From Ostreococcus lucimarinus (lineage: Eukaryota), in assembly GCA_000092065.1 (NCBI GenBank), contig CP000599.1: 64,000 bases of DNA. One strand, written 5' to 3'. The stretch's first letter is position 1. Every line of letters begins with the position of its first letter. The notes beneath the pieces were generated by a model. That model was not told the origin of the DNA and searched no databases. It was given only the letters and a program-made list of their open reading frames with translations. The position numbers and the translations under genes were made by a program. This document shows, in pieces, positions 11,071-22,829 of this stretch.

Positions 11071-12033
11071 ATGATTCCGTCGACGCCGCGCCTTCGCGCC
11101 GCCGCGCCGCGTCGCGTCGTCGACCGCGCGTCGCGATCGCGAACGCGGTCGCGATGCCGACGCGCGCTCGAACGCGCCGACGCGCGGACGAAAGACCTCG
11201 AGCGGGCGTTGGAATTCATGGTGGAGATGCGGTGCGGAGGGTGCGCGGCTAAGGTGACGACGGCGTGCGAGGCGCTCGCGGGCACGACGCGCGTCGACGC
11301 GTCGCTCGGGACGAACACGGTGACGGTGATCACGCGCGATGCGGAGCGAACGGTCAGGGAGGCGATCGAGAGCGCCGGGTATAAGGCGCGATTGATCGGG
11401 CAGGGGCGCGCGGAGCGAAGCGCCGAAGACGACGACGATTTCGGCGAGGCGCTGGCGGAGGCGCTGGGCACGGACGTGCGGACGCTGCGACAGAGCCTGG
11501 CGGCGGTGGCGGAGTTTAAGGGGAAGGCGTACGGGCACGGTGAGGCGCGAGGGACGGTGCGGCTGGTGCAGGTGAGCGAGGAGACGATATTGGCGGAGGC
11601 GGCGCTGGACGGGTTGAGTCCGGGGGCGCACGCGATTCGCGTGCACGAATACGGGGATTTGACGCGCGGGATGGATTCGATCGGGGACGTGTACGGGGGG
11701 GAGGGAGGGGCGGGGATGATCGGGATCGTCGTCGCGGACGAGAATGGGTCGGCGACGATGCCGTCGACGATGTTGAGCTCGGAGCTCAAGGCGTGGGACG
11801 TCATCGGTCGAAGCGTCGCCGTGTACGCCGCCGCGGACGGCGATACGACCGGCGCGGTGTGCGCCGTGCTCGCTCGAAGCGCGGGCGTGGGGGCGAATCA
11901 TAAAAAGTTGTGCCAGTGCGATGGGACGATCATCTGGGAGGCGGGCGAAGATTTCTTGCCCCGCGCGGTGGACGAATGCGACGCCGCGAGACCGCTGCTC
12001 GGCAAAGGAATCACCACCGCTCGGCGCGGGTGA
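11071..12033 (+). CDS. CCS: copper chaperone for superoxide dismutase (CCS)
   Basis: Three-domain CCS architecture: an Atx1/HMA-like domain with [10 protein letters not shown] (MxCxxC), a SOD1-like domain II ([11 protein letters not shown]...[14 protein letters not shown]...DENG), and a C-terminal CxC motif (KLCQCDG). N-terminal R/S-rich leader. Confidence 0.8.
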   Translation: MIPSTPRLRAAAPRRVVDRASRSRTRSRCRRALERADARTKDLERALEFMVEMRCGGCAAKVTTACEALAGTTRVDASLGTNTVTVITRDAERTVREAIESAGYKARLIGQGRAERSAEDDDDFGEALAEALGTDVRTLRQSLAAVAEFKGKAYGHGEARGTVRLVQVSEETILAEAALDGLSPGAHAIRVHEYGDLTRGMDSIGDVYGGEGGAGMIGIVVADENGSATMPSTMLSSELKAWDVIGRSVAVYAAADGDTTGAVCAVLARSAGVGANHKKLCQCDGTIIWEAGEDFLPRAVDECDAARPLLGKGITTARRG

Positions 12034-12121
12034 GAATAGCGCGCGTGTAATGATGATTGCGATGATTGATTGATTGATGAATTGATGCTTAAAAAGGACG
12101 TTATCGTTGAGATTGTTATAT

Positions 12122-14803
12122 TCACTTGATCTTGATGAGCGAAGGGAGCTTGACGCCGTCGATGGCGCGTTTCGCCTCGGCCCACGTCTTCGTCGTTCGC
12201 GGCGGCGGAGTCGGCGGCGGCGGCGGCGCGAAAGGTCTCGGCCGCGGTATCACCATCGTCGACTTCTTCGGCGGCGCCGCGGGCACGCTGGACGATGGCT
12301 GGTTTTCTTCGTGCGTCTTGCTCGACGGCGGCGCCGCGAGCGCCGGCGAATCGTTCGTCTTCAACGCCGGGAATTCCTTCAATCGCGACTCTCGATCGAC
12401 GGCGCTTTCGGCGTCGCTCGAGGGGGTCGCGGACTCGGACGTCGATTGCGATGCGACTTTCGGCTTGGGTGGAAAATCCGGTAGCGCGGACAGCCCCGTC
12501 GGCGGCGGAGGCGGAGGCGGAGGCGGAGGCGGCGCGGCGGCGGCGACGGCGGTCGATCTCGGCGCCGGGATGCGCGCCGGCGGCTTTCCACTCGGCAACG
12601 GCGGCGGATTCGGTGGCAGCGGCGGTGGATTCGGCATCGTCGCGACGGTTGGTCTTCGAGGCGCATCCATTTCCTTCGCGAACGTCGGTCGCGGCGGCGT
12701 GTTGGGCTTCCTTCGCGATCGCGCCGCCGTCCACTCGCCGCCCGAATCCGAATTCGCCGCGTCTTCGAGCGTCGGTTCGGGGGTCTTCGATCGCGGCGTC
12801 GTCGGCGCTTCGGGTTCGTCCTCGGCGTCGTCAGCGACGGTGATTTCATCGCGCTCGACGTCGCGCGCGACTTTCGTCAGCGCTCGCTTCGCCTTGGACG
12901 ACGAAGATTTCCGTTTCTTCTTCGAAGACGCGCCGCCGGCGGATCTCTTAGAGTTGGCGTCGCCGCCGCGGAGAACATCGTCGTCATCTTCGAACGCCTT
13001 GAGCGCAGCTTCCAAACGCGCGTCGTCCAGTGCTTTAACGTGCTCTTTGACCGCACCGCTCACGACTTTCACGAACGTCGCGCACTTTGCGAGTTCGATG
13101 CCGTACGCCAAGTGCGCGCCCTCAAGATTGAGCGCTCGAACGACGCGGTCGACGACGCCGTCGAGGGCGGTGGATTTGTACCTGTCCATCACGGGTTGGA
13201 TTCTTCGATGCAAACCTTCGACATCGTAATTTGTCGACGTCGCGCCGGCGTTCGTGGAGGAAGCGCCGCCGCTCGCGGCGGAAGTGATGGCTCGAAACGA
13301 GCGCTTTAAATCCCGCATGACGTCTCGCAGGATGACTTTGACGTCGAGCGCACGATCGGCGTACGCCTTGTCGACAACGCGCGACGAATCACCGTCACAC
13401 GAGTTCAACGCTCGCGTCGCCAGCACGCATTCTTTGGCGTGGCGCTCGATCTCTTTCGCGCTCGGTGCCGCGACGGCGAAAGAATTCCTCGCGTGATCCA
13501 AATGCTTATTCAGCACGATTTCCAGCGCCTTGGAATCCCCGGGCGGCGTCACGTGCTTGTAACACATTTCGTTCTCGCGAAGATAAAACCGCGTGCGCTT
13601 CTCGGCCAGACGGAATTCTTCCACACCCAGCTCGAGCGCCGCGGTGACGTCGCGAAATTCGCACCAGGCGCCGAGCGCGCGCGTCAAGAGCTCACGTCGC
13701 TGAATCGCGAGCAAATCCGCGTTGTCGTCGCGCACGAGCTCGGCTAGCTCAAGCATCGCTCGTTCGGCGTCGCGCTGCTCGGCGAGCCAAGACTTGACGA
13801 GGTTATGAACGCTTTCAGAAGTTTCGTCGTCCATGCGCCTGACGACGTCGAGATCGTGCGCTTGTTTAGCTTCATCCAATCCGCCCGAGGCGTCGACGAG
13901 CGGCGGCGCGGGCGCGTCGACGCTCGTGTCGAACTCGCGATCACCGAGCGTCGCCCGCGAATCGCGACGTTTGCTTCGAATCGTCGCGAATCGATGTAAA
14001 CACTCGAATCCTCGGCGCACCCAACGCTCGACGTCGACGTCGTCGCGTAAACCGATGGAATCCTCGCCGCGACGCGCGTAATCGCGCGCGTCTTCGTCTT
14101 TGACCAAATCCTCGTTCGCGCGACGCGGACGTCGCGCGTCGTCGTCGTCGTCGTCGCCACCGCCGACCGCGTCGACGACCGCACCGCCGCTTTCATCGAC
14201 CGCGAGCGCGCGCAACGTCTCCATCGCCGCCGCGAGCGCGTCCGAAGCGTCCGTCCCGCGTCGCCCCGTCGCCGTCGTCTGCGCGCCTCGACGCCCCCCC
14301 GACCCCGACCCCGACCGTCCCATCGTCCCCATCGACGCCTCCGCGCCCACCGCGCGTTCGATCGCGCGTTCGATCGCGCGCACCGACGCCGCCGCGCGTC
14401 TCCCGCGCGCGCCCACCCGTCTCGCCACCGCGCGCGCGTCCTCCTCCGCGTCTCCCTCCCCGTCCACCAGCATCGCCGCGAACGCCCCCCGCGCCGCGTC
14501 ATCGTCCCGCAGCATCGCTCGCAGCGTTCGATCGAGCGCGCGTCGCGCCCTCGATCGCGCGTCGTCGTCGTCGCGCGCCGTCGCGCGCGCCATCGCGGAA
14601 GACGAACCGTCCCTTCGATCGCCGTCCCTTCGCGCGCGTTCGTTCGACGCGCGTCGTCCGTCCTCGCGCGGTCGACGCGCGCCGCGCGCGCGTCCGTCGT
14701 CGTCGTCGCGCGCCGCGTCCGTCGCGCGCCCTCGATCGCGCGTCGCGCGTCGCGATGTCGCGCGTCGTCGTCGCGCGTTGACCCGCGCGTTGACCGTCGC
14801 CAT
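12122..14803 (-). CDS. hypothetical protein with a central alpha-helical domain and a C-terminal polyproline tract
   Basis: 893-aa ORF. Positions 12480-12530 on the minus strand encode [12 protein letters not shown] plus further PPLPP motifs. The central conserved-looking region is [22 protein letters not shown]...; the N-terminal third is R/D/A-rich low complexity. Start codon uncertain. Confidence 0.45.
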   Translation of the reverse strand: MATVNARVNARRRRATSRRATRDRGRATDAARDDDDGRARGARRPREDGRRASNERARRDGDRRDGSSSAMARATARDDDDARSRARRALDRTLRAMLRDDDAARGAFAAMLVDGEGDAEEDARAVARRVGARGRRAAASVRAIERAIERAVGAEASMGTMGRSGSGSGGRRGAQTTATGRRGTDASDALAAAMETLRALAVDESGGAVVDAVGGGDDDDDDARRPRRANEDLVKDEDARDYARRGEDSIGLRDDVDVERWVRRGFECLHRFATIRSKRRDSRATLGDREFDTSVDAPAPPLVDASGGLDEAKQAHDLDVVRRMDDETSESVHNLVKSWLAEQRDAERAMLELAELVRDDNADLLAIQRRELLTRALGAWCEFRDVTAALELGVEEFRLAEKRTRFYLRENEMCYKHVTPPGDSKALEIVLNKHLDHARNSFAVAAPSAKEIERHAKECVLATRALNSCDGDSSRVVDKAYADRALDVKVILRDVMRDLKRSFRAITSAASGGASSTNAGATSTNYDVEGLHRRIQPVMDRYKSTALDGVVDRVVRALNLEGAHLAYGIELAKCATFVKVVSGAVKEHVKALDDARLEAALKAFEDDDDVLRGGDANSKRSAGGASSKKKRKSSSSKAKRALTKVARDVERDEITVADDAEDEPEAPTTPRSKTPEPTLEDAANSDSGGEWTAARSRRKPNTPPRPTFAKEMDAPRRPTVATMPNPPPLPPNPPPLPSGKPPARIPAPRSTAVAAAAPPPPPPPPPPPTGLSALPDFPPKPKVASQSTSESATPSSDAESAVDRESRLKEFPALKTNDSPALAAPPSSKTHEENQPSSSVPAAPPKKSTMVIPRPRPFAPPPPPTPPPRTTKTWAEAKRAIDGVKLPSLIKIK

Positions 14804-15415
14804 CGTCGACGTCGCCCTATATATAATACGACGCGAAACCTCATATAATCCTCATCACGACACCCAACAGTCACACACACGTATGTCTCTCATCATTACT
14901 AAGTACCTTACGACTATATATACATATACCGTATGTCCGATATATGTTTATAGGTATCCGTGTACGTATATTAGTAAAATAACGTCGAGCATTCGACCGA
15001 CGTTCCTGAGCCAGTCGTTACGCGCGCCATTTTCCGCCGCGTCGCGAATCGCCGATGCGCGCCGCGTCCCTCGCGCAGCGCGCCGCGCTCGCGCCTCGCC
15101 GCGTCGACGCCGAGCAAAGGTGCGCGCGCGACGCCCGCGCGACCGCGACGCCCGATCGACCGCGAACGCGAACGCGCGAGACGATCGCGTCGCGACGGAC
15201 GGATCTCGACGAGACGCGCGACGGATCGACGCGAACAGCGCGCGACGACGCGCGCGAGCCGCGAGAGACGCCGGATTCAAACGCGTCTCGCGCGTCGTCG
15301 GCGTCGCGCGACGGATCGACGCGCGCGCGGCGCGAGGGCGGCTCGGGACGCGCGACGCGGGACGGAGGATAAGACGAGACGCGAGAGAGACGACGAGCGG
15401 ACGCGAGACTGACGG

Positions 15416-16852
15416 ATGCGCGCGATGGGACGAAACGATAGGCGAACGGGAAGTGGGAAACGATGCGCGAAGCGCGCGACGCGATGCGATGTGGCGCAAT
15501 CGCCGGAACGGTCGACGACGGCGATCGCGAACTCGAAGACGGTGGCGGCGGTGATCCTCGGAGGCGGGGCGGGGACGCGATTGTACCCGCTCACGAAGAG
15601 CCGAGCGAAACCGGCGGTGCCGATCGGTGGGGCGTATCGATTGATCGACGTCCCGATGTCGAACTGCCTGAACAGCGGGATCTCGAAGGTTTACATTTTG
15701 ACGCAATTCAACAGCGCGTCGTTGAACCGACACTTGGCGCGCACGTACAACTTTGGTAACGGGATCATGTACGGTGGGAATGGTTTCGTGGAGGTGCTGG
15801 CGGCGACGCAAACGCCGGGTCAAGGCGGGAAGGAGTGGTTCCAAGGCACCGCCGACGCCGTGCGACAGTACTCTTGGTTGTTCAACGACGTCAAGAACAA
15901 GGACGTCGAGGACATCGTCATCTTGGCGGGCGATCACTTGTACCGCATGGACTACATGAAGTTCGTCGAGGCGCACAGAGAAAGCAACGCCGACATTACC
16001 GTCGGTACGTTGCCGATCGACGAAGAGCGCGCGAGCGATTTTGGTTTGATGAAGATTGACTCGTCGGGACGCATCGTCGAATTCACCGAAAAGCCCAAGG
16101 GCGACGCCCTGCAAGCGATGAAGGTGGACACCACCATTCTCGGTTTGACCGCGGCCGAGGCCGAGGCGAAGCCTTTCATCGCTTCCATGGGGATTTACGT
16201 CTTCAAGAAGTCGATGTTGGTCAAGTTTTTGGACGACGACTACCCCGAAGACAACGACTTTGGCGGCGAAATCATCCCGAAGGCGAGCGCCGACGGCGCC
16301 AGAGTGCAAGCGTACTTGTTCAACGATTACTGGGAGGACATTGGAACCATGAAGAGCTTCTTCGAGGCTAACTTGGCCTTGGCCAAGGACCCGCCGAACT
16401 TTGAGTTTTACAACGCCGAAGCGCCGATTTACACTTCGCCGCGCTTCTTGCCGCCGGCCAAGATTGAACGGTGCCACGTCAAGGACTCCATCATCTCTCA
16501 CGGTGCCGCTCTCGCGGATTGCTCCGTCGAAGAATCCATCGTCGGTTTGCGCTCGCGCGTCGAAGCGGGGACGAAGATCAAGCGCACCATGATCATCGGC
16601 GCCGACTTTTACGAGAGCGAGGAGAAGCGTAAAGCCATCTTAGCCGCCGGCGGCGTCCCGGTCGGGATCGGCGAGAACACCATCATCGAGAACGCCATCA
16701 TCGACAAGAACGCGCGCGTCGGGAAGAACTGCGTCATCACCAACAAGGACAACATCGAAGACTTGGCCGACGAAGAGCGCGGCGTCTTCATCCGCAACGG
16801 CATCGTCACCATTCTCAGAAACTGCACCATCCCCGACGGGACGGTCATCTGA
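15416..16852 (+). CDS. glucose-1-phosphate adenylyltransferase (ADP-glucose pyrophosphorylase, plastid starch synthesis)
   Basis: [63 protein letters not shown]... is a textbook AGPase N-terminal region, with a C-terminal left-handed beta-helix. The first ~45 aa may be incomplete: a transit peptide or upstream exon was not resolved. Confidence 0.9.
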   Translation: MRAMGRNDRRTGSGKRCAKRATRCDVAQSPERSTTAIANSKTVAAVILGGGAGTRLYPLTKSRAKPAVPIGGAYRLIDVPMSNCLNSGISKVYILTQFNSASLNRHLARTYNFGNGIMYGGNGFVEVLAATQTPGQGGKEWFQGTADAVRQYSWLFNDVKNKDVEDIVILAGDHLYRMDYMKFVEAHRESNADITVGTLPIDEERASDFGLMKIDSSGRIVEFTEKPKGDALQAMKVDTTILGLTAAEAEAKPFIASMGIYVFKKSMLVKFLDDDYPEDNDFGGEIIPKASADGARVQAYLFNDYWEDIGTMKSFFEANLALAKDPPNFEFYNAEAPIYTSPRFLPPAKIERCHVKDSIISHGAALADCSVEESIVGLRSRVEAGTKIKRTMIIGADFYESEEKRKAILAAGGVPVGIGENTIIENAIIDKNARVGKNCVITNKDNIEDLADEERGVFIRNGIVTILRNCTIPDGTVI

Positions 16853-17052
16853 TCGATCGATCCCTTCCGGACGCCGCGCCGAGCAAATCACGCAAGCGAT
16901 AATCACAAAAGACCTAGTTCAGCATGTAAATCGACCTATCTCTTGATTGAGCGTCTCGCGCGCCGCTCCGCTCGCCGTCTCGCGCGCGTCCCGCGTCCGC
17001 ACTTTGCCGCGTCGCTCGCGCTCCGTCGCGCGCGCGCGCGTCGTCGGGTCCG

Positions 17053-18867
17053 ATGCACGCGAATGGCTACGCGCGCAACGCCTCGGTCGAGCTGTACTGC
17101 TTCTGCGTCGTCGCTCTGGGTCTGATCCTGTACGGCTACCCGGTGGGTGTTACGAACGTCATGCTCACCTCGCCCGCGCAATTCCAGCGCGACGCCGGAT
17201 TCGAGGGCGACGTCGAGACGCTGGGAATGCTGGTCAGCGCCAACAGCGCCGGCGCGCTGATCGGGTGCGCGCTGACGCTGGTGCCGACGCGCGGCGTCGC
17301 GGCGGCGGACGCGCTGGGACGAGTGGCGCTCGTCAAACTCGGCGCGGGATGTTACGCCGCGGCGTCGCTCGCCATGGCGCTCACGCCGATGAAATTGAAC
17401 GAAATATTCGGCAGTCGCGCGGTGATACGTTGGTTCGCGGCGTGCCGGTTGTTGTACGGGATCGGGATGACGCTGACGTACGGCGGCGCGGCGGTGTACG
17501 TGGCGGAGTTGATGTCGCAGCAAACGCGCGGGTATTACTTGCCGATGATGAGCGTGATGACGATGACGGGGGATTTGCTCGGGAATTTCGTGGGGATGCC
17601 GTTGGAGCGCGCGGCGGGAGGATGGCGCGTGCTCGCGGCGTTGCCGGTGCCGGTGGCGTTGGGGTTTTACGCGTACGCGCGCAAGCTGCCGGATTCGCCG
17701 CGGTGGGAAGTGTTGAACGCGACGAACGCGGCGCAGCGCGAGGGAGAGGCGAGAAGGAGGGCGGCGGCGGAGAAGAAACGCGGAAAGCGTGGGTTGTTTG
17801 GACGCGGCCGCGATTCGAACGCGCCGTCGGATTCGGAGAGCGAGAACGAACCGTCGTGGACCGCGCGAGACGTCGACTTGACGGCGGCGCGGCGGTCGCT
17901 GGGGATTTTACGAAATGAATCCGCCAAGGCGTCTTTTTCCGTCACCGACGCGTGCGTACGTCGATCGAGATCCGGCGGCGCGGGAGGTTTGCTCGCGCCG
18001 CCCAACCCCGACGCGCAGAGTAAACAAATGAAGAAGGAGATTGAACAGGAGCTCGCGGAAATCATCGACGTCGTAAAAACTGGTTCGAAGAACGGGCGCG
18101 ATTGCGCTTCGGCGGTGAACACCGACGCGAGTAAGCGCGCGATGACCGTGGCGTTTGGTTTATCCATCATGTCGATGTTGAGCGGCGTTCCGGCGATGAG
18201 TTACTTCACCAAACACATCTTCGAGATGACGGGGCACACGCCCACGGCGGCGAGCGGGATGACGACGGCGCTTGCCTTGTGCAAGCTCATCGTCACAATC
18301 TTCGTCGCGATGTCCCTTGAAACTTTTGGACGACGACGAATGCTACTCATCGGTATATCCATTCAGGGCGTCGCGATGACGCTCTTGGCGTTTCTCTTCG
18401 ACGGCGTCACGTGGATCGAGGACCCGCGACACGCCGTGTCGTTTCAGCTCTTGAACGGATCCATCGCACAAGTCGCCGACGTCGCGATTTTCGTCAACGC
18501 CGTCGGGTTTCATCTCAGTTTTTGGGCACTCGCGTGGACGGTGGCGAACGAATTGAGCCCGCTGCGCACGCGAGCCACCATCATGGCCATCAACTCGATG
18601 TTTTCCTGGACGCTCAGCACGGTGACGGTTCGCTTCCTCCCGGTGATGATGAAATCTCCGGGAATTTCCGCCACCTTTGGCTTTTGCGCCGTCAACCTCT
18701 ATGCGACGATCATTTTCGTCTACTTGTACGTCCCGGAAACCAAAGGACGGACGCTCGAAGAGCTGGAAATCGTCATGACCAAGTCTTCGAGCCTTCGCGA
18801 CGTCGTGCGTCGCTTGAATCGACCCGACGAAGACGACGATTTGAAACCGCTCGCCGGCGCGCTTTGA
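17053..18867 (+). CDS. MFS sugar-porter-type transporter
   Basis: Twelve-TM-like hydropathy, the PESPRW-like motif (LPDSPRWEVL), a C-terminal PETKGRTLEELE motif, and a large central hydrophilic loop. Confidence 0.75.
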   Translation: MHANGYARNASVELYCFCVVALGLILYGYPVGVTNVMLTSPAQFQRDAGFEGDVETLGMLVSANSAGALIGCALTLVPTRGVAAADALGRVALVKLGAGCYAAASLAMALTPMKLNEIFGSRAVIRWFAACRLLYGIGMTLTYGGAAVYVAELMSQQTRGYYLPMMSVMTMTGDLLGNFVGMPLERAAGGWRVLAALPVPVALGFYAYARKLPDSPRWEVLNATNAAQREGEARRRAAAEKKRGKRGLFGRGRDSNAPSDSESENEPSWTARDVDLTAARRSLGILRNESAKASFSVTDACVRRSRSGGAGGLLAPPNPDAQSKQMKKEIEQELAEIIDVVKTGSKNGRDCASAVNTDASKRAMTVAFGLSIMSMLSGVPAMSYFTKHIFEMTGHTPTAASGMTTALALCKLIVTIFVAMSLETFGRRRMLLIGISIQGVAMTLLAFLFDGVTWIEDPRHAVSFQLLNGSIAQVADVAIFVNAVGFHLSFWALAWTVANELSPLRTRATIMAINSMFSWTLSTVTVRFLPVMMKSPGISATFGFCAVNLYATIIFVYLYVPETKGRTLEELEIVMTKSSSLRDVVRRLNRPDEDDDLKPLAGAL

Positions 18868-19283
18868 GCCGCCATAGCACTAGCATAATATTAGATTTGT
18901 ATTGACCAGCGCGCTTAGCACGACTTCGGCGCCGTGCGTCCCCGCGCGCTTTCGCTCGCCGCCGCGCCGGCGCTCGACCGTCCCGCTCGACCGTCCCTCA
19001 CATCCAAGCGCGCGGTCGAATGCCCATCGGCGCGCGCGCGTTCGCCGTCTCGGCATCGCGTGCGCCCGTGCGATCGCAACTCCGCGCTCGCGCGCGCCGC
19101 GAGCGCGCCGACGGCGTCGCGAGACGACGATTTATCTCGCACAAAGGGGACACCCTCAAGCCTTGTGAATCAGTTCTACCGCGCGCACGCGCGCGCGCGA
19201 GCGATCTCGCGCCTCGCGACGGCGTAAACTTGCAGACCATCATTTTGAGCAAGCTCCCGAGCGCTCGCGCGGACGTGGCGACG

Positions 19284-20630
19284 ATGACGTCGGGAGATGC
19301 GACGAAGATTTTTTTCACCGCGCTCGCGGCGCTCGCGCTCGTCGCGGCGCGCGCGGCGGCGCGCGCGCTGACGACGCGCGAGGCGAAGAAACGCGTGGTG
19401 ATCATCGGTGGTGGATTCGCTGGGATGCAAGCGGCGCTGGATCTGCGGAAAACGTGCGAGGTGACGCTGATTGATAAGAAGCGGTATTTCGAATACGTCC
19501 CGGGGACGCCGGCGGCGCTCGCGGGCGCGGCGCCGTTGAGTCCGGCGTCGCGCGGAGACTCGGCGAAGAAACGCGAAAAGACGCTGACGGTGCCGTATAG
19601 CAAGGCGCTCGGAAAGAGCGTGGCGTTCGAATGCGCGGCGGGACGAGACGTGCGGGTGATGAGCGCGTACGTGGACGTCGGCGGCGACCGCTTTGAATAC
19701 GACGAATTGATACTCGCCACCGGGAGTCATTATCCGGGCGTGTTGAAAGCGGAGTGCGACGGTGAGGCAGGAGAAGACAGAGATGCGAGAATGCGAGAGA
19801 TCGCCGAGGCGCGAGAGGACGTGACGAAGGGGAAATCGGTCGTCGTCATCGGAGGCGGCGTCGTCGGCGTCGAGGTCGCGGGCGAACTCGCGGCGAGAAA
19901 CGCCAAGATGAAATCGGGTGCGCGCGTGATTCTCGTGCACAGCGGCCCAAGGTTGCTCGATACGTTGCCCAAGTTTGTCAGTGAGTATGTGTCGAAAACG
20001 CTCGTGAGATTTGGGGTGGAGGTGTACGTCGGGCAAACGTACGACCGCGTCGGCGACTCGTTCGTCGGGCGAATGAACGAAAACGTCATCGAGGGCGATA
20101 GGGTCATGATGTGCGTCGGCGCCAAGCCCGCGACTGAGTTCTTGGATCGGGAGAGCGTGAACTTCAGCGAAGATGACGATGACTCGCCGCTAAATTTTCC
20201 GCTCGACATGATTGGGCGCGTTCGAGTGGACGAGGCGACGCGTCAAGTCATCGGCTACGACAACGTCTACGCCGTCGGCGACTGCGCGTGTAAATTACCG
20301 GACCAGATGCTCGCTTCGTACGCGCACTGGGAGGCCGAATACGTGTCAAAGCGAATCATGTGCGACGGCGACGCTCGCGCGCTCGGGAAACTCGGCAGAT
20401 ATCGTCTTCCGCCGCGGTTGATGGCGATTTCTCTGGGCCCGTTCGCGGGCGTCGTCGTCTGGGGCGACAGAATTTTATGCCGCGGATGGTGCGCCGCCGT
20501 GTTCAAGGCGTTGATCCAGTTTTGGTTCATTCGCTTCCTTCCCGCGCCGTATTCCATCATGAAGAGATTCCCTCGCATGCGCGTGAAACCGCCCGCGAGT
20601 GTGATTTTGCGCAAACCGCTCGCGAATTAA
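19284..20630 (+). CDS. FAD/NAD(P)-binding pyridine nucleotide-disulfide oxidoreductase (type II NADH dehydrogenase / AIF-FSP1-like)
   Basis: Two Rossmann motifs (VVIIGGGFAGMQAAL and VVVIGGGVVGVEVAGELA). An N-terminal hydrophobic anchor (IFFTALAALALVAA) follows the ATG at 19284. The 5' 88 codons of ORF 19020.. are Arg-rich junk. Confidence 0.7.
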   Translation: MTSGDATKIFFTALAALALVAARAAARALTTREAKKRVVIIGGGFAGMQAALDLRKTCEVTLIDKKRYFEYVPGTPAALAGAAPLSPASRGDSAKKREKTLTVPYSKALGKSVAFECAAGRDVRVMSAYVDVGGDRFEYDELILATGSHYPGVLKAECDGEAGEDRDARMREIAEAREDVTKGKSVVVIGGGVVGVEVAGELAARNAKMKSGARVILVHSGPRLLDTLPKFVSEYVSKTLVRFGVEVYVGQTYDRVGDSFVGRMNENVIEGDRVMMCVGAKPATEFLDRESVNFSEDDDDSPLNFPLDMIGRVRVDEATRQVIGYDNVYAVGDCACKLPDQMLASYAHWEAEYVSKRIMCDGDARALGKLGRYRLPPRLMAISLGPFAGVVVWGDRILCRGWCAAVFKALIQFWFIRFLPAPYSIMKRFPRMRVKPPASVILRKPLAN

Positions 20631-20766
20631 AGGGAGACCAAGAGACACGGGGACACCAAAAAAAAACGCACGTTGGTTCTCGACGACCGCCGCACACGCG
20701 GTCACCGCGCCGTGTCGGCGCGTGAAAAACGCGCTCGCGGCGCGCGCGCGCGCTCGCGGCGCGCTC

Positions 20767-21582
20767 ATGGTCAAGTTGTGCGTCGACAGCCCCGCGCTCG
20801 ACGTGGACGCGGCGACGCTCTGGCGAGCGCGCACGACGTCGCTCTTCATGACGTGCGAACGCGCGGTATTTGGTGATTTAGAGAGATCCGTCGTGTTATA
20901 CGAACGGTGTAGACACGATGAAAACCGCGCGCGGTGCGTGATACGAACGAAACTCGACGCGAAGCTGCCGTACATGGCGAGACGGGCGCTCGGGGTGAAG
21001 TCGTCGCGAGACGCCGTGGTGATGTACGACGACGTCACCCTCGAAGAGACGCAGAGCACGGGGCCGTATCTGTTCGAAGCGTCGTCGCGGACGTACGGGA
21101 CGTTTTTAAATCCCGAAAATAGCGTGTTGAAAGGGACGGTGCTGTGTAAATCAGTCGACGACGGTTCTATGTTGAGCGTGCGGTTGGAGTGCGCGGTGAA
21201 AATGACGGGCATCGGGAGCGCGATCGAGCGAACGATCGTCAGCGGCATGAAGACGAAGTTTGCGCTGTATCCGAAAGTCATCGAGCTTTACAAGGCTAAA
21301 CTGCGAGAGAATGAGGCCAAACGGCGAGAGAGAGACGAAGAGAGAGCGGCGAAGGCGAGCATCGACGCGTGCGCCGACGCGTGCGAATTTCACTCCGCGC
21401 GCGATTCGGATAGCGAACGGGACGACGTCGCGCCATCACTCGCTGACGATAGAGTCGCCGACGCGAAAAAAGGCGACGCGACGAGTCCAATCGCGACGGG
21501 ATGTTGCGTCCCCGCGTCGCGTCGCCGCTCGCGCTCGTCAAATTCAAACTCAAACGCCGCTCCCGTCAAAAGAATCCCATAG
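20767..21582 (+). CDS. hypothetical protein; PRELI/MSF1-like lipid-transfer fold is possible
   Basis: ORF 20722..21582 with its first Met-rich start at 20767. Overall length and C-terminal pattern (GIGSAIERTIVSGMKTKFALYPKVIELYKAKL) resemble PRELI/MSF1, but this is weak. Its 3' end overlaps the next gene by 17 nt. Confidence 0.3.
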   Translation: MVKLCVDSPALDVDAATLWRARTTSLFMTCERAVFGDLERSVVLYERCRHDENRARCVIRTKLDAKLPYMARRALGVKSSRDAVVMYDDVTLEETQSTGPYLFEASSRTYGTFLNPENSVLKGTVLCKSVDDGSMLSVRLECAVKMTGIGSAIERTIVSGMKTKFALYPKVIELYKAKLRENEAKRRERDEERAAKASIDACADACEFHSARDSDSERDDVAPSLADDRVADAKKGDATSPIATGCCVPASRRRSRSSNSNSNAAPVKRIP

Positions 21583-22318
21583 CCGCCACTTTTGATTTCA
21601 CCCTGCCAAACTTTTTAAGCTTGAACGGCTCTTTATCGACGACTTTCGCGATTTTCGCGTCGTTCGACGACGCCGGCCGCGCTTCATCGCGACTCGTCGC
21701 CGCGCTCGCTCGCGCCGCGGCGCGTTCGGCCACTTTTGCCCGGACCCAATCCTGCGAGTAATCCCCTCGAATCAACGCCGCGATCGACTGCGATCGCGGC
21801 GCGTAGCCTTCAGCGTAACGTATTTCCTCGGCGTAACGCGTTTCGGACGGTCGCCCGTACGTCGCGTTCGCGTCCACGCGCGGAGGTTCCGCGCGCACCT
21901 CGCCCGACTTGAGCAAAATAGGTTCGGCGAGCGTCCTGAACCGCCGCACCTCCGCCGAGTTCACGCACTTGTTCTGCGTCGCTTTCTTATTCATCGCCAT
22001 TAAATCCAATCCGCCCTTGTAAGAGACTTTGTTCGTCGACGACGACGCGCTGAATTCGCGCCACGCGAGCGCGTCTCGCGCGCTCAAAGTCTCGCGCGCC
22101 GGTCCGCCGCCGAACGTCGCATCGCGCGCGCGCGCCGGCGCGAATATCAGGTGCTCGCGCGCGCGCCCGACTTCTTTATTGGTGTTTATCAACGCGTTCG
22201 TCGCGATCGACGCGCGGTCGAAGCCGATGCGAGCGTCCATCGCGCGCTGCGCGATGTGAAGACTCGCCAAAAATAGTCTCTCGCCGCGCGTCGTCGATCG
22301 ATCCATCGATCCATCCAT
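21566..22318 (-). CDS. hypothetical protein
   Basis: 250-aa ORF convergent and overlapping with the previous gene. Codon usage matches neighbouring genes. No family recognised. Confidence 0.35.
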   Translation of the reverse strand: MDGSMDRSTTRGERLFLASLHIAQRAMDARIGFDRASIATNALINTNKEVGRAREHLIFAPARARDATFGGGPARETLSARDALAWREFSASSSTNKVSYKGGLDLMAMNKKATQNKCVNSAEVRRFRTLAEPILLKSGEVRAEPPRVDANATYGRPSETRYAEEIRYAEGYAPRSQSIAALIRGDYSQDWVRAKVAERAAARASAATSRDEARPASSNDAKIAKVVDKEPFKLKKFGRVKSKVAAMGFF

Positions 22319-22415
22319 CGAATCGCGCGACGACGCGCGAGCGGCGCGAAAGTAACACCACGCGTCGCGACGCGAATTCTGAATTCCACGCGCGAACGCG
22401 ATCGCGTTTCACCGA

Positions 22416-22793
22416 TCACCGCGACGCGTCGCCGTCGCCGTCCGTCTTCGCCGCGCGTTCCGCCGCGCGTCCTCGCGCGCGAGCGAGCCACGCCGAATCC
22501 TTCCTCTCGTCCCCCCGCGCGCCCCTCGCGTCGCGCGCGCGCGCCGTCGGCGCCGTCGCCGTCGCCGTCGTCGCGCCCGCGCCCGCGCTCGCCGCCAATC
22601 TCTCCCCGCTTCCGCGCGTCGTCGTCGACGCGTCGATGAAAACGCCTCGCCCCGCCGTCGCCGCGTCAATCTCCCCCCCCCGCGAGCGCTGCGCCGCCCG
22701 CGCCCCCTCGAACCGCACCCGCATCGCCGCCAGCGCCTCCCGCGTCGCCGCGTCCGCGATCATCGTCGTCCCGCCGTCGTCGTCGTCGTCGTC

Positions 22794-22829
<36 letters not shown>

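Noticed and set aside
15055-15372. ORF 15055..15372 as upstream transit-peptide exon of AGPase
   Set aside because: It is rich in Asp/Glu, which is atypical for plastid transit peptides. No convincing donor/acceptor pair restores the frame.
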